A stretch of DNA of 53,045 nucleotides from an uncultured Pirellula sp. Lineage in GTDB: Bacteria > Planctomycetota > Planctomycetia > Pirellulales > Pirellulaceae. Positions 27,895 to 38,571 of the stretch are shown piece by piece. Each line of letters starts with the position of its first letter. Position 1 is the stretch's first letter. Below the pieces are notes generated by a model, which was given only the letters and a program-made list of their open reading frames with translations, was not told the origin of the DNA and made no database searches. The translations under genes were made by a program, and so were the position numbers. The DNA lies in contig CAIJIZ010000216.1 of NCBI GenBank assembly GCA_903820735.1, positions 1-53,045 on the forward strand, read 5' to 3'.

Positions 27895-30800
27895 TTAGAT
27901 GTTTGCGACCGAGGGTTCCGGGCCTGACGAAGGTCCAGAGCCGACCTGTATCATAGCACGCGCGGACTTTGTTTGCTTGCGCCATGACCAGAGCTTGTCC
28001 ATCAACAGATAGATCACAGGTGTGGTGAAAAGGGTTACAAACTGGCTGACGATCAGCCCCCCGACGATGGCGATGCCCAGCGGTTGACGCAATTCTGCTC
28101 CATCCCCTCGTCCAATTGCCAGCGGAATTCCACCGAGAATCGCAGCCAGGGTGGTCATGGTAATCGGGCGAAATCGCCGTAAACACGCCTCGTGGATCGC
28201 CTCACGCGGTCCCCACCCTCGCTCTTTTTGCAACGCAATCGCGAAGTCGATCATCATGATCGCGTTCTTCTTGACAATTCCGATCAACAGCAAAATTCCG
28301 ATCATCCCGATCACATTGAAATCCATTTTATAGAGGATCAACGCTAGGATGGCTCCTACCCCAGCCGACGGCAGGGTGGAGAGAATCGTAATCGGGTGGA
28401 TCAAGCTTTCATACAGAATCCCCAATACGATGTAGACTGCCACAATCGCCGAAAGTATGAGCAATGGCTGATTTGCTAATGAGTCTTGAAACGCTTGCGC
28501 TGTCCCTTGGAAATTACCTTGGATACTTGTTGGCATCCCGATTTCATTGCCTACATTCTGAATAATTGGAACGACATCACCGAGAGCGCTGCCGGGACTG
28601 AGATTGAAGGATATCGTCGACGATGGAAACAATCCGGAGTGAGCCACAGACAACGAGGTGTTCCGCGATTCGATGGCATAGAGATCCTGCAGCGGAACTT
28701 GGGAATTGTTTTTCGTACGGATGTAGATGTTCTTGAGCGATTCAGGACCTTGGGCATACTCGCGATCCAAAGTCATGACAACGCGGCGCTGTGTTAATGG
28801 CAAATAAATCGTCGATACCGGCCGTTGTCCGAACGCGTCATAAAGCGTGTTGTCGATCGTCGCAATATCAAGCCCAAGAATGGAAGCCAAGTCGCGATGA
28901 ATGGTCAACCTAGATAGTTGCCCTTTGTCTTGTTGGTCGGTATTCACATCGGTGATCTCGGGGACTTTTTTCATCGCTGCCATCAACTTGAGCGTCCACT
29001 CGTTAAGCTCCTTCAGATCCCCTCCTCGCAATGTGTATTGGTACTGAGCACCCGATGGCCTGCCGCCAATGCGAATATCTTGCGTCGCTTGCATGAACAA
29101 GTTCGCTCCGCTAATTCCGCCTGTCTTCTTGCGAATCGACATCAAAATCTCATCGATCGATTGCTTGCGTTCCGAAAGGGGTTTCAACGTTACGAACATC
29201 CGTCCACTGTTGGTTCCCCCACCACCAGGCCCTCCTCCACCTGTGGAGACCAACACGCGATCGATCCCTGGCTCATCACTTATGGCTTTGCCAAATCGCT
29301 CGACAAGATCAATCATCGCGGTAAACGAGGTCCCTTGGTCGGCTACGATGTTTCCGACAAGTCGACCTGTGTCCTGTTGGGGGAAGAAACCTTTGGCGAT
29401 GTTCGTATAGAGATAAACGTTGAAGGCGATAATGAAGCCAAAGACCACCAACGTCCAGCCAGGAAAATCGAGCACCACATCGAGAATCTTGCCATACGCA
29501 TGCTCCATCCAATAACGATTCTTCTTTTCGCGGTGCTGCGCTGGCTTTAGCAACACCGCACAGAGCATGGGTGTGGTTGTCAGTGAGACCACAAGAGAAA
29601 TCAGAATGGCGATCGAAAGGGTAACGGCGAACTCTCGAAACAGCATCCCCACAATCCCTCGCATCAACAAGATTGGGATGAAGACCGCGATGAGTGACAA
29701 TGTAATCGATAGAACTGTAAAACCGATCTCGCCAGCTCCCTTCAACGCCGCCTCCTTAGGCTTCATCCCCTTTTCCAAGTATCGACTGATGTTCTCCGTA
29801 ACAACGATCGCGTCATCGACCACAAAGCCTGTCGAAATCGTCAACGCCATCAACGATAAATTGTCGAGGCTGTAACCGAGCAAATACATAACTCCAAACG
29901 TGCCAATCAGAGAAACAGGTACCGCAATCGTCGGCACTATGGTGGCTCGTATGTCCCGAAGGAACAAATAGACTACCACGATAACCAGCAAGACGCTGAT
30001 CAAAAGTGTTTTTTGGACTTCTTCAAGCGATGCGCGAATGGTCGTCGAACGATCCATTCCTATTCCCAATTCAATGGCTGCAGGTAGTTGGGCACGCAGT
30101 TGTGGTAAGACGGCTTTGATGTTGTCGATCGTTTCGATAATGTTTGCGTCGGGCTGACGGAATATCAACACGCTTATCGATGGCCTACCATCGGTTATCG
30201 CAAAATTCCGGATATCCTCGAGTCCATCATGGACATTCGCAACATCCCCTAGTCGTATCGGAGCACCATTGCGAAATGCAATGACCAATGGTCGGTAGTC
30301 ATCGGCATTCATCAATTGGTCGGTAGTATTCAAAGACCATTGAATATCGTTCTCTTCAAGCAAACCTTTCGGGCGGTTCGCATTTGCCGTTCCAATCGCA
30401 GCTCGTACATCTTCAAGTCCGATTTGAAGCTGATTGAGCACCGTTGGATTGACTTCGACTCGAACCGCCGGGTTCGCTCCCCCAGTCGCAAAGACTTGGC
30501 CGACCCCTTTGATCTGCGATAGCTTCTGCTGAACCAGCGTTGATGCTAACTCATACATCTGCGGCTTCGAGTAAATCTCTGAAACCAAAGTTAACAACAT
30601 CACCGGGGAGTCGGCAGGATTCACTTTTCGATACGAAGGATTATTCGGAAGATTCGCAGGCAGTTGGCTTCGCGCTGCATTGATCGCCGCTTGAACCTCC
30701 CTCGCCGCGGCATTGACATCGCGATCGAGTTCAAATTGAAGCGTAATCGACGTTGAGCCCAAGGTACTCGTCGAGGTCATCTCCGTAACCCCAGCAATCC

Positions 30801-31032
30801 GACTGAGACTTCGCTCCAACGGAGTTGCTACCGCCGAAGCCATCGTCTCAGGACTTGCTCCTGGCAAATTGGCACTTACAGAGAGCGTAGGGAATTCAAC
30901 TTGAGGGAGCGGAGCGACCGGTAACAGAAAGTAACCGATCAGCCCCGATAAGGTTAGGGCAATCGTCAGCAACATCGTCCCGACAGGCCGATGGATGAAG
31001 GGAGCGGAGAAATTCGTACCTGCTCCGATCAT
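27895..31032 (-). CDS. mdtC: RND efflux permease, MdtC-like
   Basis: Motifs FIHRPV, LPVAPLPQVEFP, GFVVDDAIV and GIVKKNAIMMIDFA. Second RND gene in the tandem. Confidence 0.9.
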   Translation of the reverse strand: MIGAGTNFSAPFIHRPVGTMLLTIALTLSGLIGYFLLPVAPLPQVEFPTLSVSANLPGASPETMASAVATPLERSLSRIAGVTEMTSTSTLGSTSITLQFELDRDVNAAAREVQAAINAARSQLPANLPNNPSYRKVNPADSPVMLLTLVSEIYSKPQMYELASTLVQQKLSQIKGVGQVFATGGANPAVRVEVNPTVLNQLQIGLEDVRAAIGTANANRPKGLLEENDIQWSLNTTDQLMNADDYRPLVIAFRNGAPIRLGDVANVHDGLEDIRNFAITDGRPSISVLIFRQPDANIIETIDNIKAVLPQLRAQLPAAIELGIGMDRSTTIRASLEEVQKTLLISVLLVIVVVYLFLRDIRATIVPTIAVPVSLIGTFGVMYLLGYSLDNLSLMALTISTGFVVDDAIVVTENISRYLEKGMKPKEAALKGAGEIGFTVLSITLSLIAVFIPILLMRGIVGMLFREFAVTLSIAILISLVVSLTTTPMLCAVLLKPAQHREKKNRYWMEHAYGKILDVVLDFPGWTLVVFGFIIAFNVYLYTNIAKGFFPQQDTGRLVGNIVADQGTSFTAMIDLVERFGKAISDEPGIDRVLVSTGGGGPGGGGTNSGRMFVTLKPLSERKQSIDEILMSIRKKTGGISGANLFMQATQDIRIGGRPSGAQYQYTLRGGDLKELNEWTLKLMAAMKKVPEITDVNTDQQDKGQLSRLTIHRDLASILGLDIATIDNTLYDAFGQRPVSTIYLPLTQRRVVMTLDREYAQGPESLKNIYIRTKNNSQVPLQDLYAIESRNTSLSVAHSGLFPSSTISFNLSPGSALGDVVPIIQNVGNEIGMPTSIQGNFQGTAQAFQDSLANQPLLILSAIVAVYIVLGILYESLIHPITILSTLPSAGVGAILALILYKMDFNVIGMIGILLLIGIVKKNAIMMIDFAIALQKERGWGPREAIHEACLRRFRPITMTTLAAILGGIPLAIGRGDGAELRQPLGIAIVGGLIVSQFVTLFTTPVIYLLMDKLWSWRKQTKSARAMIQVGSGPSSGPEPSVANI

Positions 31033-34000
31033 TCACTCGCTCCTTGTTCACTTGCATCGCTTACTCCACTTTGCTTTGTCGGCGTTAGTGAGTCGAACCA
31101 CAAGTAGATCACAGGCGTTGTGTAAAGCGTCAATGCTTGGCTAAGCAGTAAGCCTCCAATAATGCAGATACCCAAAGGTTGACGTAATTCTGAGCCAACT
31201 CCACCGCTGAAAGCAAGAGGGACCGCTCCGAGCAACGCCGCCATCGTTGTCATCAGGATCGGCCGAAGCCTCAACAAGCAAGCGTGAAAAATCGCATCCT
31301 CGGCTTTCAATCCCTGTACGCGTTGGGCTTCGAGGGCAAAGTCAATCATCATGATCGCGTTCTTCTTGACGATTCCGATGAGCAAGATAATTCCGATAAT
31401 CGCGATAATCCCTAAATCGATTCGGAAGATAATCAGTGCAAGTAACGCACCGACCCCGGCTGAAGGAAGTGTCGAGAGAATCGTCAGTGGATGCACATAG
31501 CTCTCATACAAAATTCCCAACACAATATAGACGGTTACCAACGCTGCGAGGATAAGGAGTGGAGTTGTCGCTAGGGACCTTTGGTAAGCTTCTGCAGATC
31601 CTTGGAAAGCTCCCACCATACTTGCCGGCAATTGTAAGTCTTGAGTTGTCGTCTCGACCGCTTCAACCGCTTGTCCAAGCGATACTCCTGGCGCAACATT
31701 GAACGACAACGTAACCACCGGAAATTGTCCTTGATGGTTGATCGCTAAGGATGCGTTCTGGTATTCGATCCTTGTTAATGACTCAAGTGGTGCAGGGCGA
31801 CCTGTGGTTGTTTTCACGTACATTGCGCCGATATCGCTCAACGAATCCCGAAACTCCGGAGCCACCTCAAGCACCACGCGGTACTGATTCAGTTGGGTGA
31901 AGATAGTCGAGACTTGCCGCTGCCCAAACGCGTTGTAGAGAGCATCATCGATCATCAACGGAGTGACCCCTAGTCGTGCTGCGGTATCGCGGTCAATCAC
32001 CAATTTTGCCACTCTGCCATAGACAGACTGATCGCTGGCAACATCTCGAAGTTCCGGTCGATCCTTGAGGGCTTTCACAAGCGGAGGAATCCACTTTGCG
32101 AGCTCCTCTGGATCCGGACTTTCAATCGCATACTGATACTGCGTACGAGACACCTTGGACTCCACCGAAAGGTCTTGCACCGGTTGAAGATATAACTGAA
32201 TGCCCGAGATAGTTTGAGCCTTTTCCGACAACCTCGCCATGACTTGTTGGATCGACTCTGAACGCTCGTGGTGCGGTTTCAAATTGATCTGAATCCGACC
32301 GTTGTTGGTCGTCAAGTTGGTGCCGTCGATACCGATGAAACTCGCCAAGCTTTCAATCGCAGGATCATTTACCAATGCGGCATTCAGTTCGGCTTGTCTC
32401 TGCTGCATCTTGGAAAACGAAGTATCTTGATCTGCCTCGGTAATCCCAAGAATAACGCCGGTGTCCTGGGTGGGGAAAAATCCTTTTGGAATCTGGATGT
32501 AAAGGAGAATGGTCGCAGCCAGGGTTGCGAGAAAGACAAGCATCGTGAACGTTCTGTGTCGCAAAGTCCATCGAAGGGTCGTTTCGTAGAATCCCAACAG
32601 GATAACGAATAGCCAACCTTGGGTTCCATGATCATGCGACGCTCCAGCCCCCTTCGGTATCGTCTTCAACAGCAACGCGCACATCATCGGTGTCAAAGTC
32701 AACGAAACGATTGCCGACACGAAAATGGTCACGCTCAAGGTCACTGCAAATTCCCGGAACAACCGACCGACGACATCCCCCATGAATAGCAAAGGAATCA
32801 GTACTGCAACCAACGACACGCTTAACGAAATGATCGTAAATCCGATCTCAGATGCACCCTTGAGCGATGCCGATAGCGGATCCATCCCCTCTTCTACATA
32901 ACGCATGATGTTTTCGATCATCACGATGGCATCATCGACGACGAACCCTGTCGAAATCGTAAGCGCCATTAATGTTAAGTTATTCAGCGTGTACCCCAGC
33001 AAGTACATAATGCCGAAGGTCCCGACGATCGAAAGCGGAACAGCAGCACTTGGGATGACGGTTGCACGAAAGCTGTGCAGGAACGAGTAGATGACAAGAA
33101 TCACCAACCCGATAGTAAGCAACAATTCGTGTTGAACACTTTCCACCGAAGCGCGAATCGTTGTTGTTCGATCAGTCAAAACTTCAACCCGAATGTCGGC
33201 GGGTAACGACTCCTCGAGCTGTGGCAACATCGCTTGTACGCGATCGACGACTTCGATAATATTAGCGCCGGGCTGTCGCTGAATGTTGAGCAACACAGCC
33301 GGTGTCGTATCGCGCCAAGCGGCTTGACGGATGTTCTCGACGTCATCGATCACATTGGCAACCTCTGCAAGCTTCACCGGGGCCCCATTGCGATACGCTA
33401 TGATCAATTCCCGAAACTGCTCCGCAGTGAATAGCTGATCGTTTGCCCCGATGATCACCGATTGCTTGGGGCCATCAAAACTCCCTTTCGCTTGATTGAC
33501 ATTCGCCGCAACAAGTGCTGTCCGTAAATCATCGAGTGTTAAGCCAACGGCTGAGAGACTCGTCGGGTTCGCTTGTACGCGAATCGCCGGCTTTTGCCCT
33601 CCCGTTACGCTGACTTGTCCAACCCCCTTGATCTGCGATAATTTCTGCGCAAGTCGTGTGTCTGCAAGATCTTGGATGCGAGGTAATGGAATCGTGTCCG
33701 ACGTCAAGGAAAGGGTAAGTACCGGTGCATCCGCCGGATTAACTTTCGAATAGATCGGTGGATTAGGCAAGTCGCGAGGTAGGAAGTTCCCAGCGACATT
33801 GATGGCAGCTTGGACCTGCTGAACCGCGACGTCAATGTTCAAATCGAGAGAGAACTTCAACGTGACTACCGAACATCCATGCGTGCTCGAACTTGTCATC
33901 TGTGACAAACCCGGAATCTGGCCGAATTGTTTCTCCAACGGCGCTGTGACCGAAGATACCATCACCTCCGGGCCCGCTCCTGGATAAAACGTCACGATTT

Positions 34001-34136
34001 GAATGGTCGGATAATCAACCTGAGGCAATGCAGCCACCGGTAGCTGCCGATAAGCTACCCAACCACTTAGCAAGATCGCAACCATCAACAATGTCGTTGC
34101 GATGGGGCGAACAATAAAGAGCTTTGAGATGTTCAT
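31029..34136 (-). CDS. mdtB: RND efflux permease, MdtB-like
   Basis: Motifs FIVRPIATTLLM, LPVAALPQVDYP and GFVVDDAIVMIEN. Overlaps both neighbours by 4 bp. Confidence 0.92.
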   Translation of the reverse strand: MNISKLFIVRPIATTLLMVAILLSGWVAYRQLPVAALPQVDYPTIQIVTFYPGAGPEVMVSSVTAPLEKQFGQIPGLSQMTSSSTHGCSVVTLKFSLDLNIDVAVQQVQAAINVAGNFLPRDLPNPPIYSKVNPADAPVLTLSLTSDTIPLPRIQDLADTRLAQKLSQIKGVGQVSVTGGQKPAIRVQANPTSLSAVGLTLDDLRTALVAANVNQAKGSFDGPKQSVIIGANDQLFTAEQFRELIIAYRNGAPVKLAEVANVIDDVENIRQAAWRDTTPAVLLNIQRQPGANIIEVVDRVQAMLPQLEESLPADIRVEVLTDRTTTIRASVESVQHELLLTIGLVILVIYSFLHSFRATVIPSAAVPLSIVGTFGIMYLLGYTLNNLTLMALTISTGFVVDDAIVMIENIMRYVEEGMDPLSASLKGASEIGFTIISLSVSLVAVLIPLLFMGDVVGRLFREFAVTLSVTIFVSAIVSLTLTPMMCALLLKTIPKGAGASHDHGTQGWLFVILLGFYETTLRWTLRHRTFTMLVFLATLAATILLYIQIPKGFFPTQDTGVILGITEADQDTSFSKMQQRQAELNAALVNDPAIESLASFIGIDGTNLTTNNGRIQINLKPHHERSESIQQVMARLSEKAQTISGIQLYLQPVQDLSVESKVSRTQYQYAIESPDPEELAKWIPPLVKALKDRPELRDVASDQSVYGRVAKLVIDRDTAARLGVTPLMIDDALYNAFGQRQVSTIFTQLNQYRVVLEVAPEFRDSLSDIGAMYVKTTTGRPAPLESLTRIEYQNASLAINHQGQFPVVTLSFNVAPGVSLGQAVEAVETTTQDLQLPASMVGAFQGSAEAYQRSLATTPLLILAALVTVYIVLGILYESYVHPLTILSTLPSAGVGALLALIIFRIDLGIIAIIGIILLIGIVKKNAIMMIDFALEAQRVQGLKAEDAIFHACLLRLRPILMTTMAALLGAVPLAFSGGVGSELRQPLGICIIGGLLLSQALTLYTTPVIYLWFDSLTPTKQSGVSDASEQGASE

Positions 34137-35407
34137 TGCGGCTTAGGTCCAGCCCCAGGCAGCGATATCTTTCCCTTGGGTTGCAACTTGTCAGTCCCTT
34201 CCGTGACCACCCGATCTCCTTCATTGAGCCCCGTTGCAATCACAGATCGTCCCGCCTCGCTAAATGCAACAGTGACCTTTGCAATGTCTACCGACTCATT
34301 ATCCGGTTGCACAACATACACGTACAAGAAATCAGCTCCCCGTTGTATGGCAGACGAAGGAACCACGACGGCACTATCCCATAACTTGACCATCAACCGA
34401 ATGTTGACGAACTGGTTAGGAAACAAAGTGTTCTCTTCATTACCAAAGGTTGCTTTCAAACGAAGTGTCCCTGTCGCCGAGTCGACTTGATTGTCAATCG
34501 CGGTCAACACTCCTTCCCCAAGCTTGTTCTGAAAACTGCGATCGAACGCGATAACTGGTAAAGCCTTGTTCTGAGCAAGTTGCGATTGCACTCGTGGTAT
34601 CTCGTCTTGCGGAATAGGGAATAAAATAGAAATCGGCTGCAACTGTGTAATTACCGCAATTCCCAACGGACCGTTAGCCTGGATCATGTTCCCTTGATCC
34701 ACCTGCCGAAGCCCAACTCGTCCACGTATAGGTGCAGTGATGTTGCAATACGTAACCTGTAACTCAGCATTCGCAACTGTCGCTCGATCTACATCAACCA
34801 CCGCCTGTGCTTGCTTGTAAACCGCTTGAAGTTCGTCTCGCTCCTGCTGAGAAAGTGTCGCACCTACCGGAAGGTTCTTCGAGCGTTCAAAGTTAAGCCG
34901 AGCCAACTCAAGAGCAGCAAGATCTCGCTCAAGCTGACCTCGGGCTTGGTTCAATGCAGCCTCAAAGCCTCGCGAATCGATCCTCGCTATCAACTGTCCC
35001 TCTTCAACCATCTCCCCTTCCTGAAATGACACACCGACAAGCTCTCCATCGACGCGACTGCGTACCGTTACACTGTTGAAGGCAGTGACCGTCCCCAAGC
35101 AATTCAAGTACTGAGGTATCGCCTCGACCTTCGCCGTGGCAAGCGTAACCAAAGGTGGTCGCGGTGCCGGACGACTACTCGCCGCCGGCCGAATCCAGCC
35201 TTCAAGGGCCGGTTCCCAACGCTCTCGCGTCGTGTATACACCCCCTAACACACCGCAGAGCAGCATAAAGGAACCCACCCGATACCAAAGAGGCTTTTTA
35301 CCCCTCGACTCAGCTTCCGAACCAAACGGTTCGGTGGGGGATGAAACCGGTTGAGCTGGTGATGAAGCTAATCGCGAGCCTTCATCAAGATTGGGGGCCG
35401 TCGCCAT
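34133..35407 (-). CDS. mdtA: RND periplasmic adaptor, MdtA-like
   Basis: Motifs GTVTAFNSVTVRSRVDG, ITAPIRGRVGLRQVDQGN, IDNQVD and LFPNQFVN. Confidence 0.9.
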   Translation of the reverse strand: MATAPNLDEGSRLASSPAQPVSSPTEPFGSEAESRGKKPLWYRVGSFMLLCGVLGGVYTTRERWEPALEGWIRPAASSRPAPRPPLVTLATAKVEAIPQYLNCLGTVTAFNSVTVRSRVDGELVGVSFQEGEMVEEGQLIARIDSRGFEAALNQARGQLERDLAALELARLNFERSKNLPVGATLSQQERDELQAVYKQAQAVVDVDRATVANAELQVTYCNITAPIRGRVGLRQVDQGNMIQANGPLGIAVITQLQPISILFPIPQDEIPRVQSQLAQNKALPVIAFDRSFQNKLGEGVLTAIDNQVDSATGTLRLKATFGNEENTLFPNQFVNIRLMVKLWDSAVVVPSSAIQRGADFLYVYVVQPDNESVDIAKVTVAFSEAGRSVIATGLNEGDRVVTEGTDKLQPKGKISLPGAGPKPQ

Positions 35408-35565
35408 ACGCGTGTTTTGGGAGAGGATAGGGTAAGGTGGGGCTGGCAGAACGCCAGTTTCTACGTATTGTAGTCGACTGGAGTGTAGTTCAATGGGAAA
35501 ACCTGCCATCAAGAGGGCCGGTTCCTTGGCGAAACAAAGCCGACTTCTATGGAGAAATGGGTCAA

Positions 35566-36486
35566 ATGCAACGATTTCCTCGATTTGAGCTTCCTGGTGA
35601 ATTCATTACCGCTTTGTCATCAACGACGCAAGGTGTCGCTGGTCAAGCAACCGCAGAGCCGTTTGAAACCGAAATCAGCCCTACTGATTTACTTGAAAGA
35701 ACGCAATTCGCGATGGAGCTGGCTCGAATTGCCAGCGAAGTCACCCTTGAATACTTTCGAACTGCAGCTTTTCGGGTCGAACGCAAAAATGACCGCTCCC
35801 CGGTGACCGCCGCAGATAAAGGAGCTGAAACGAAGGTCCGGCAAGCCATCGCAGATCGTTATCCTGCCGACGCTCTACTCGGCGAGGAATTCGGTTCCGT
35901 CGGGGGCCAAAGCCCCTTCGAATGGATCATCGACCCGATCGATGGAACAAAGAGTTTCATCTCCGGCGTCCCCCTCTATTCAACCTTGGTTGGCTTGACC
36001 CTACACGGCGCGCCGTTGCTCGGTGTGATCGCCATCCCCGCCCTCGGAGAACTGGTCGTCGCAGCCCGCCAATGCGGGGCTTGGTATGGCCAAGGCCATG
36101 GGGATCAAGTCGTTCAACTTTCCAGATGCCATGTCTCGTCCGTGGACCGACTCGAGGACGGACTGTTTTTGACATCGCAAGTCGATAATTTTGACCGCCG
36201 AGGAGCTCAAGAGGCTTACAGAGAACTTGAACGTCAAGCCTACGTGAGCCGCTCATGGGGAGATGGCTACGGATACTTATTGGTCGCTACCGGCCGAGCG
36301 GAATTGATGGTCGATCCCATCGTAAACCCTTGGGATGTCGCCGCCGTTGCCCCAGTAATTATCGAAGCCGGCGGTAGCTTTACCTCCTGGTCGGGTGCGG
36401 TTGATTTGCGAGCTGGACATTGTTTCGCAAGCAACGCGAAACTCCATCAAGGGGCACTGGATATCCTCAAGCCCTATGCTCAGTGA
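35566..36486 (+). CDS. hisN: Histidinol-phosphatase, inositol monophosphatase family
   Basis: Motifs SPVTAAD, GEEFG, WIIDPIDGTKSF, RSWGDGYGY and WDVAA. Start codon uncertain. Confidence 0.85.
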   Translation: MQRFPRFELPGEFITALSSTTQGVAGQATAEPFETEISPTDLLERTQFAMELARIASEVTLEYFRTAAFRVERKNDRSPVTAADKGAETKVRQAIADRYPADALLGEEFGSVGGQSPFEWIIDPIDGTKSFISGVPLYSTLVGLTLHGAPLLGVIAIPALGELVVAARQCGAWYGQGHGDQVVQLSRCHVSSVDRLEDGLFLTSQVDNFDRRGAQEAYRELERQAYVSRSWGDGYGYLLVATGRAELMVDPIVNPWDVAAVAPVIIEAGGSFTSWSGAVDLRAGHCFASNAKLHQGALDILKPYAQ

Positions 36487-36636
36487 GGCTCAAACCGAAC
36501 GAGGCTCACTGAGTCTCCTCAAGAAACGCAAGCCGGACAACCGCTTATGGAATTCCGGAATATCTCCCGAATATCACAGGAAATCTGAGCTACACTCTAG
36601 ATAAACCCACTCATCGCACGCATCTTTTCTTTCATC

Positions 36637-37278
36637 ATGACGCTTGATCTCTCGATACCACAATTGGTTCAGCAGCAAGCGCAGCGGATCGCCGAATTGG
36701 GGAGTCCTGCTGTGGCTGGGCTCTACGATTTGACCAGCCAAAGACTGGTTCGCTTCGCCGCGACCATAACCCGCAATCAGCATGACGCGGAAGACGCGGT
36801 GGCCTCTGCATTGTTGAAAATTGTGGCTGATCCCGAGATTTTCACTCGAGCGAACCATCCCTGGCCGTTCTTGCTTCAAATAGTACGCAACGATGCGTTG
36901 CAGATCCTTCGCCGAAAAAAGAGGTGGGCAAGCGCCAAGCTCGCCATAACCAACGCCCTTGCGGATCTGATTTGCCCCAATCGCGTCGATGGAGCGGAGA
37001 AGAAAGAGGCCAGTGAAAAAGTTTGGCTCGCTCTGAGACAACTTCCCACAGAACAAGCAGAAGTAGTCGTGTTAAAGATTTGGGAAGAACTGACCTTCCA
37101 AGAAATCTCCTGGACACTGGAGATTCCACTTCCGACAGCTGCAAGTCGGTACCGATACGCAATTGCAAAGTTATCTGAAATGCTAGGTCATCAGATCGAG
37201 GACTTGAGTGAATCGCTCGCCGGCGAGTCATCCCAATTCTCCTCAAATCGCCCATCGATTCGGAGGGAAGAGGTATGA
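36637..37278 (+). CDS. ECF RNA polymerase sigma factor
   Basis: Region 2 (DAEDAV) and region 4 (LRQLPTEQAEVVVLKIWEELTFQEI...TAASRYRYA). Confidence 0.92.
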   Translation: MTLDLSIPQLVQQQAQRIAELGSPAVAGLYDLTSQRLVRFAATITRNQHDAEDAVASALLKIVADPEIFTRANHPWPFLLQIVRNDALQILRRKKRWASAKLAITNALADLICPNRVDGAEKKEASEKVWLALRQLPTEQAEVVVLKIWEELTFQEISWTLEIPLPTAASRYRYAIAKLSEMLGHQIEDLSESLAGESSQFSSNRPSIRREEV

Positions 37279-37709
37279 GACCTGACGACCAGCATCAGCC
37301 TGAGGACCTGACAGCGATCGAATTGCGGATACAGCAAGCTTCGGATTTGGTCGTTCCCTCAGACACCCTTCGTGGTCGTATTGTCGGCGAAGCGTTGCGG
37401 CGACATCGGGACGAACAAACCGATCGCAAAATTCTTCGCTACGGCTTTACATTGTTATTGGCGAGCGTTTGTGTTTTGTTTGCCTTCGCAGCACTGGAAA
37501 AGCGATTTGAAGATCGCTTTAAACCCGTCACATCGGAGGTGTTGTTGCGTCGCGCCGACGAATTGCGAGCAGAAGGTGACCTGGAACCTGCCGAGTCCCT
37601 TGCATTAGCCTACGATGAGTGGCGAATGCACTTGAAAGCTAGCGGATGGACGAAGCAACCGAATGCTCTCGGTAGTAACGGGTATAAGCGGTCCGCCAAT
37701 CCGGAATAG
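37275..37709 (+). CDS. Single-TM protein, putative anti-sigma factor
   Basis: ATGA overlap with the sigma gene, an RBS (GAGG) and one TM segment. Confidence 0.65.
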   Translation: MRPDDQHQPEDLTAIELRIQQASDLVVPSDTLRGRIVGEALRRHRDEQTDRKILRYGFTLLLASVCVLFAFAALEKRFEDRFKPVTSEVLLRRADELRAEGDLEPAESLALAYDEWRMHLKASGWTKQPNALGSNGYKRSANPE

Positions 37710-38571
37710 TTTGCTGTAAGCGATAGCTCAGATTTCCACTGGCTCTGTTTTCTAGAAGATCCTTCACATAGAATCGAAACTCATTCTTGGACTGGTCGCT
37801 GTGATTGAGCAAGAACGCTACCGACCCCCACGCATCTCGGTATTGCTGATTCGATAGTCGCTTGTTCGGATCCCATCGTTCTTGTTCTTCCAAGTTGGCA
37901 AACTGTCCAAATCGCAATTGCGTGTGAATGAGCTTGGTGTGAACCGGATGCGATTTGATCGCAAAGGAATCGCCGGAGCTTGATCCACTCGGATACTCAA
38001 AGTATTCGGCAAGTCCTTCATCAATCCATAAAGGAATGCTCGCGCGTTTCGCATGGAGCAACGCATGAGTTGCCTCATGACGAACGTCGACCAGCCAATC
38101 TGCGTGAAACCAAGTCAGAATAAGTCCTGGGCCTTGGTCACGGATATACATAGAATTCGCGGCGCGAAGACCGGGGTAATAGCGATGCAGGTATTCATCG
38201 AGTGAGCGGCGCGAATCGAAAACTAAGATATGAACGTCTAGTCCCCGAAACGCGATCCCTAATTCTTGATTCAACTCTTCGGGTAAACGAAGTACCCCTT
38301 GAATCTGCTGTTCAAGAACTTTTGGGGGTACCAAACTATAGAAATGAAACCCACTCGAATCAAACACATAAGGCCAACCAGGCACGAGGTCTTGATCGCT
38401 GCGAGTATTGGTAGTGCTACCGAACGAATCAACAGATCCGACAGATCCAAATGGGCTGATCGAATCAATGCGAGATTGCGTCTGTGCATTCCCGATGCAA
38501 TAGAGTTGGTTCCCGAGAATCAACGCGAGAATGACCAAGCTCCAACGCTGGTTCGGGAGCCATCGCACCAT
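37639..38571 (-). CDS. Exported HExxH protein (DUF1570 / peptidase MA-like)
   Basis: Signal peptide and RHEATHALL...PLWIDEGLAEYFE. Confidence 0.82.
   Translation of the reverse strand: MVRWLPNQRWSLVILALILGNQLYCIGNAQTQSRIDSISPFGSVGSVDSFGSTTNTRSDQDLVPGWPYVFDSSGFHFYSLVPPKVLEQQIQGVLRLPEELNQELGIAFRGLDVHILVFDSRRSLDEYLHRYYPGLRAANSMYIRDQGPGLILTWFHADWLVDVRHEATHALLHAKRASIPLWIDEGLAEYFEYPSGSSSGDSFAIKSHPVHTKLIHTQLRFGQFANLEEQERWDPNKRLSNQQYRDAWGSVAFLLNHSDQSKNEFRFYVKDLLENRASGNLSYRLQQTIPDWRTAYTRYYREHSVASSIR

Noticed and set aside
35408-35565. Overlapping upstream extensions of the mdtA and hisN ORFs
   Set aside because: They would overlap head-to-head. This stretch is more plausibly the divergent promoter region.
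36479-36513. Hairpin CTCAGTGAG...CTCACTGAG at the hisN stop
   Set aside because: It has no U-tract and an imperfect inner stem, so it is too weak to call a terminator.
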